NCBI RefSeq assembly: GCF_006345805.1
Contig: NW_021825357.1
Location: 1 to 21,935, forward strand
Source: Octopus sinensis
Taxonomy: Eukaryota
DNA length: 21,935 bases
Direction of reading: 5' to 3'
Every line of letters begins with the position of its first letter. The stretch's first letter is position 1. Below, piece by piece: positions 19,931 to 21,935 of this stretch. A program made the translations under genes and the position numbers. The notes under the pieces were generated by a model that saw only the letters and a list, made by a program, of their open reading frames with translations, was not told the DNA's origin and searched no databases.

Positions 19931-19974
19931 AATAGACCTTAATTCGGTCATCTTCATATGAAAAAGAAAGAAAA

Positions 19975-20192
19975 AAGCCTTGTGAGAAAATTTGATTGGT
20001 GGAAACTGAAAGAAGCCTGTTGTACGCACATACATATATACATATGTGTGCGATGTGTGTGTGCATGGTGAGTGTGCATGGTGAGTGTGCATGTACAAAT
20101 GAGTATCTGTGTGTTCATGTCTGTGTTTTGTTTGTTCTCCACAACCGTTTGACAACTGGCGTTGGTTTGTTTTCATCCCAGTTACTTAGCGC
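19975..20192 (+). mobile_element. Diverged internal fragment of SINE family B
   Basis: AAAGCCTTGTGAG...GGAAACTGAAAGAAGCCTGT-microsatellite-TTGACAACTGGCGTTGGTTTGTTT..CCCAGTTACTTAGCG. Confidence 0.78.
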
Positions 20193-20239
20193 ACCATATT
20201 TCTAAAATGTATCATATTTTAAAAAGAATGTACTTTTTT

Positions 20240-20420
20240 GTGGCTGTGTGGTAAGTAGTTTGCTTACCAACCACATGGTTCCGGGTTCAGTCCCATTGCG
20301 TGGCATCTTGGGTAAGTGTCTTCTGCTATAGCCTCGGGCCGACCAAAGCCTTGTGAGTGGATTGGTAGACGGAAACTGAAAGAAGGCCTGTCGTGTTTAT
20401 ATATATATATATATATAATA

Positions 20421-20467
<47 letters not shown>

Positions 20468-20822
20468 TATATGTATGTATGATGTATGTATGTATGTATG
20501 TATGTGTGTGTATTGTTTGTGTGTCTGTGTTTGTCCCATTAGCATTGCTTGACAACCGATGCTGGTGTGTTTACGTCCCCGTCATTTAGCGGCTCGGCAA
20601 AAGAGAACCGATAGAATAAGTACTGGGCTTACAAAGAATAAGTCCCGGGATCGATTTGCTCGACTAAAGGCGGTGCTCCAGCATGGCGGCACTCAAATGA
20701 CTGAAACAAGTAAAAGAGTAAAGAGTACTGTGGTGAATTTGTTCGACTAGGAAAAAAAAATCCTTCGAGACGGTGCTCCAGTATGGCCGCAACCCAATGA
20801 CTAAAGCAAGTAAAAGATAAAC
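20240..20822 (+). mobile_element. Composite SINE family B, near full length (to ~20727), followed by a second partial 3' tail
   Basis: GTGGCTGTGTGGTAAG head, B box GGGTTCAGTCC, internal (TA)n/(TATG)n and tail GCGGTGCTCCAGCATGG...AAACAAGTAAAAGAGTAAAGAGTA. A diverged tail repeat follows at ~20725-20822. Confidence 0.95.
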
Positions 20823-20994
20823 ATTGGCTGGTTTTGTTTAGCTGGAATGGCTTTGATTAAAAGACAACTCGATGTGGGTCGATCTGATGCAAAACAGGAA
20901 GATATTGCTCGAAAGGAAATTACAATAACTGCAATAAAAACATCAAAACGTAGACACAGAAAGCTTGCATGACGTGGGTTATGAGAGTAACTAG

Positions 20995-21021
20995 CACACA
21001 CACAACACACACACACACACA

Positions 21022-21050
<29 letters not shown>
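20995..21050. repeat. (CA)n array
   Basis: Directly visible. Confidence 0.94.
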
Positions 21051-21053
<3 letters not shown>

Positions 21054-21698
21054 ACTATCACTAACACAAACATAAACACTACATACATATGCATAGCTTC
21101 TGTATTAGAGGTGGAAAATATATACATTACAATCTTTTGCTAAACGCCGTACATTTTCAAAATGTCTTCCATTTCCGATAAAAAAGAAACGTCCTTGACT
21201 TCCGGTAAAAGAACAAAAGCAAAATGACATTAAAGGCATTAAAAACTTTCCAAAATAGTTGATTAAAGTATGATACTGTATTCAAAGATATTTTACTGTA
21301 TAGTAGACTGCTAAGCAATTTAAAAGGAAATATGTGAAAGCAGAACTTTATGTAGATGGGAGAAGTTTGTAACACCCCCACGGATAATTCTAGCGGGGAC
21401 AAAAAGAAAAATTACATATCTCGAAAAGATGGACGTGGATTTATATTTCCTCTCACGCCAAGTAGCACAATAAGCTATTTAAGATATATCGGGATAAAAA
21501 TTATCTCTATTGAAGAAGTAAAATTTGTGATGCTAGCTGCATCAGTAAAACTGAAAACTCAGCCAAGACATCGACTGATACTGTCAGATATAATTCTGAC
21601 TATTCATTTGTGTGCCGTCACTTGGGTCGAAGAAAAGTAAAGGAAATTGAACACAATGTAGACCCGTGGTTTGTAGTTGCTATCGTGTCACATTATAT

Positions 21699-21935
21699 AG
21701 GCACAGGAGTGGCTGTGTGGTAAGTAGCTTGTTTACCGATCACACGGTTCCGGGTTCAGTCCCACTGCGTGGCACCTTGGGCAAGTGTCTTCTACTATAG
21801 CCCCGGGCTGACCAATGCCTTGTGAGTGGATTTGGTAGACGGGAACTGAAAGAGGTCCGTCGTATATATGTATATATATATATATATGTATGTGTGTCTG
21901 TGTTTGTCCCCTTAGCATTGCTTGACAACCGATGC
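21699..21935 (+). mobile_element. SINE family B copy running off the right edge
   Basis: AGGCACAGGAGTGGCTGTGTGGTAAG...GGGTTCAGTCC...GCCTTGTGAGTGGATTTGGTAGACGG...TTGCTTGACAACCGATGC. Confidence 0.96.

Noticed and set aside
567-21928. Long ORFs in the track with (YI)n, (VC)n, (HT)n, (LSIY)n, poly-His, poly-Asp or poly-Leu
   Set aside because: They are translations of di-, tri- and tetranucleotide microsatellites that lack stop codons; no coding evidence
1-21935. CRISPR arrays, rRNA genes or prokaryotic systems
   Set aside because: No repeat-spacer arrays, operons or rRNA signatures; the sequence is eukaryotic repeat-rich DNA

Overview
Repeat-dominated eukaryotic non-coding DNA, most likely from an octopod cephalopod (inferred from the extreme microsatellite density and the tRNA-SINE families). 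No confidently identifiable host protein-coding gene is present, and almost every ORF in the supplied track is a microsatellite artefact. Supported features: the decayed 3' end of an R4/Dong-like RLE retrotransposon; a mariner (DD34D-type) fossil and a rosa/DD41D-like fossil; an RTE LINE 3' end; about 13 copies or fragments of at least four tRNA-derived SINE families; and two short Penelope-like/retrozyme-like insertions. Main observations: (1) a 266-267 bp tandem unit with 12-bp flanking duplications that carries two copies of a variant minimal hammerhead-like motif (U3:A8 core, palindromic helix III), plus a second, decayed hammerhead motif at 17.9 kb; (2) an apparent ~2.2 kb inversion, shown by two transposon fossils cut reciprocally at the same two points; (3) SINE multimers with a fixed junction, one trimer lying inside a single TSD pair; (4) a SINE whose 3' tail matches the RTE in the same window. 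All translations and alignments were done by hand, and family names come from recalled motifs rather than database searches.
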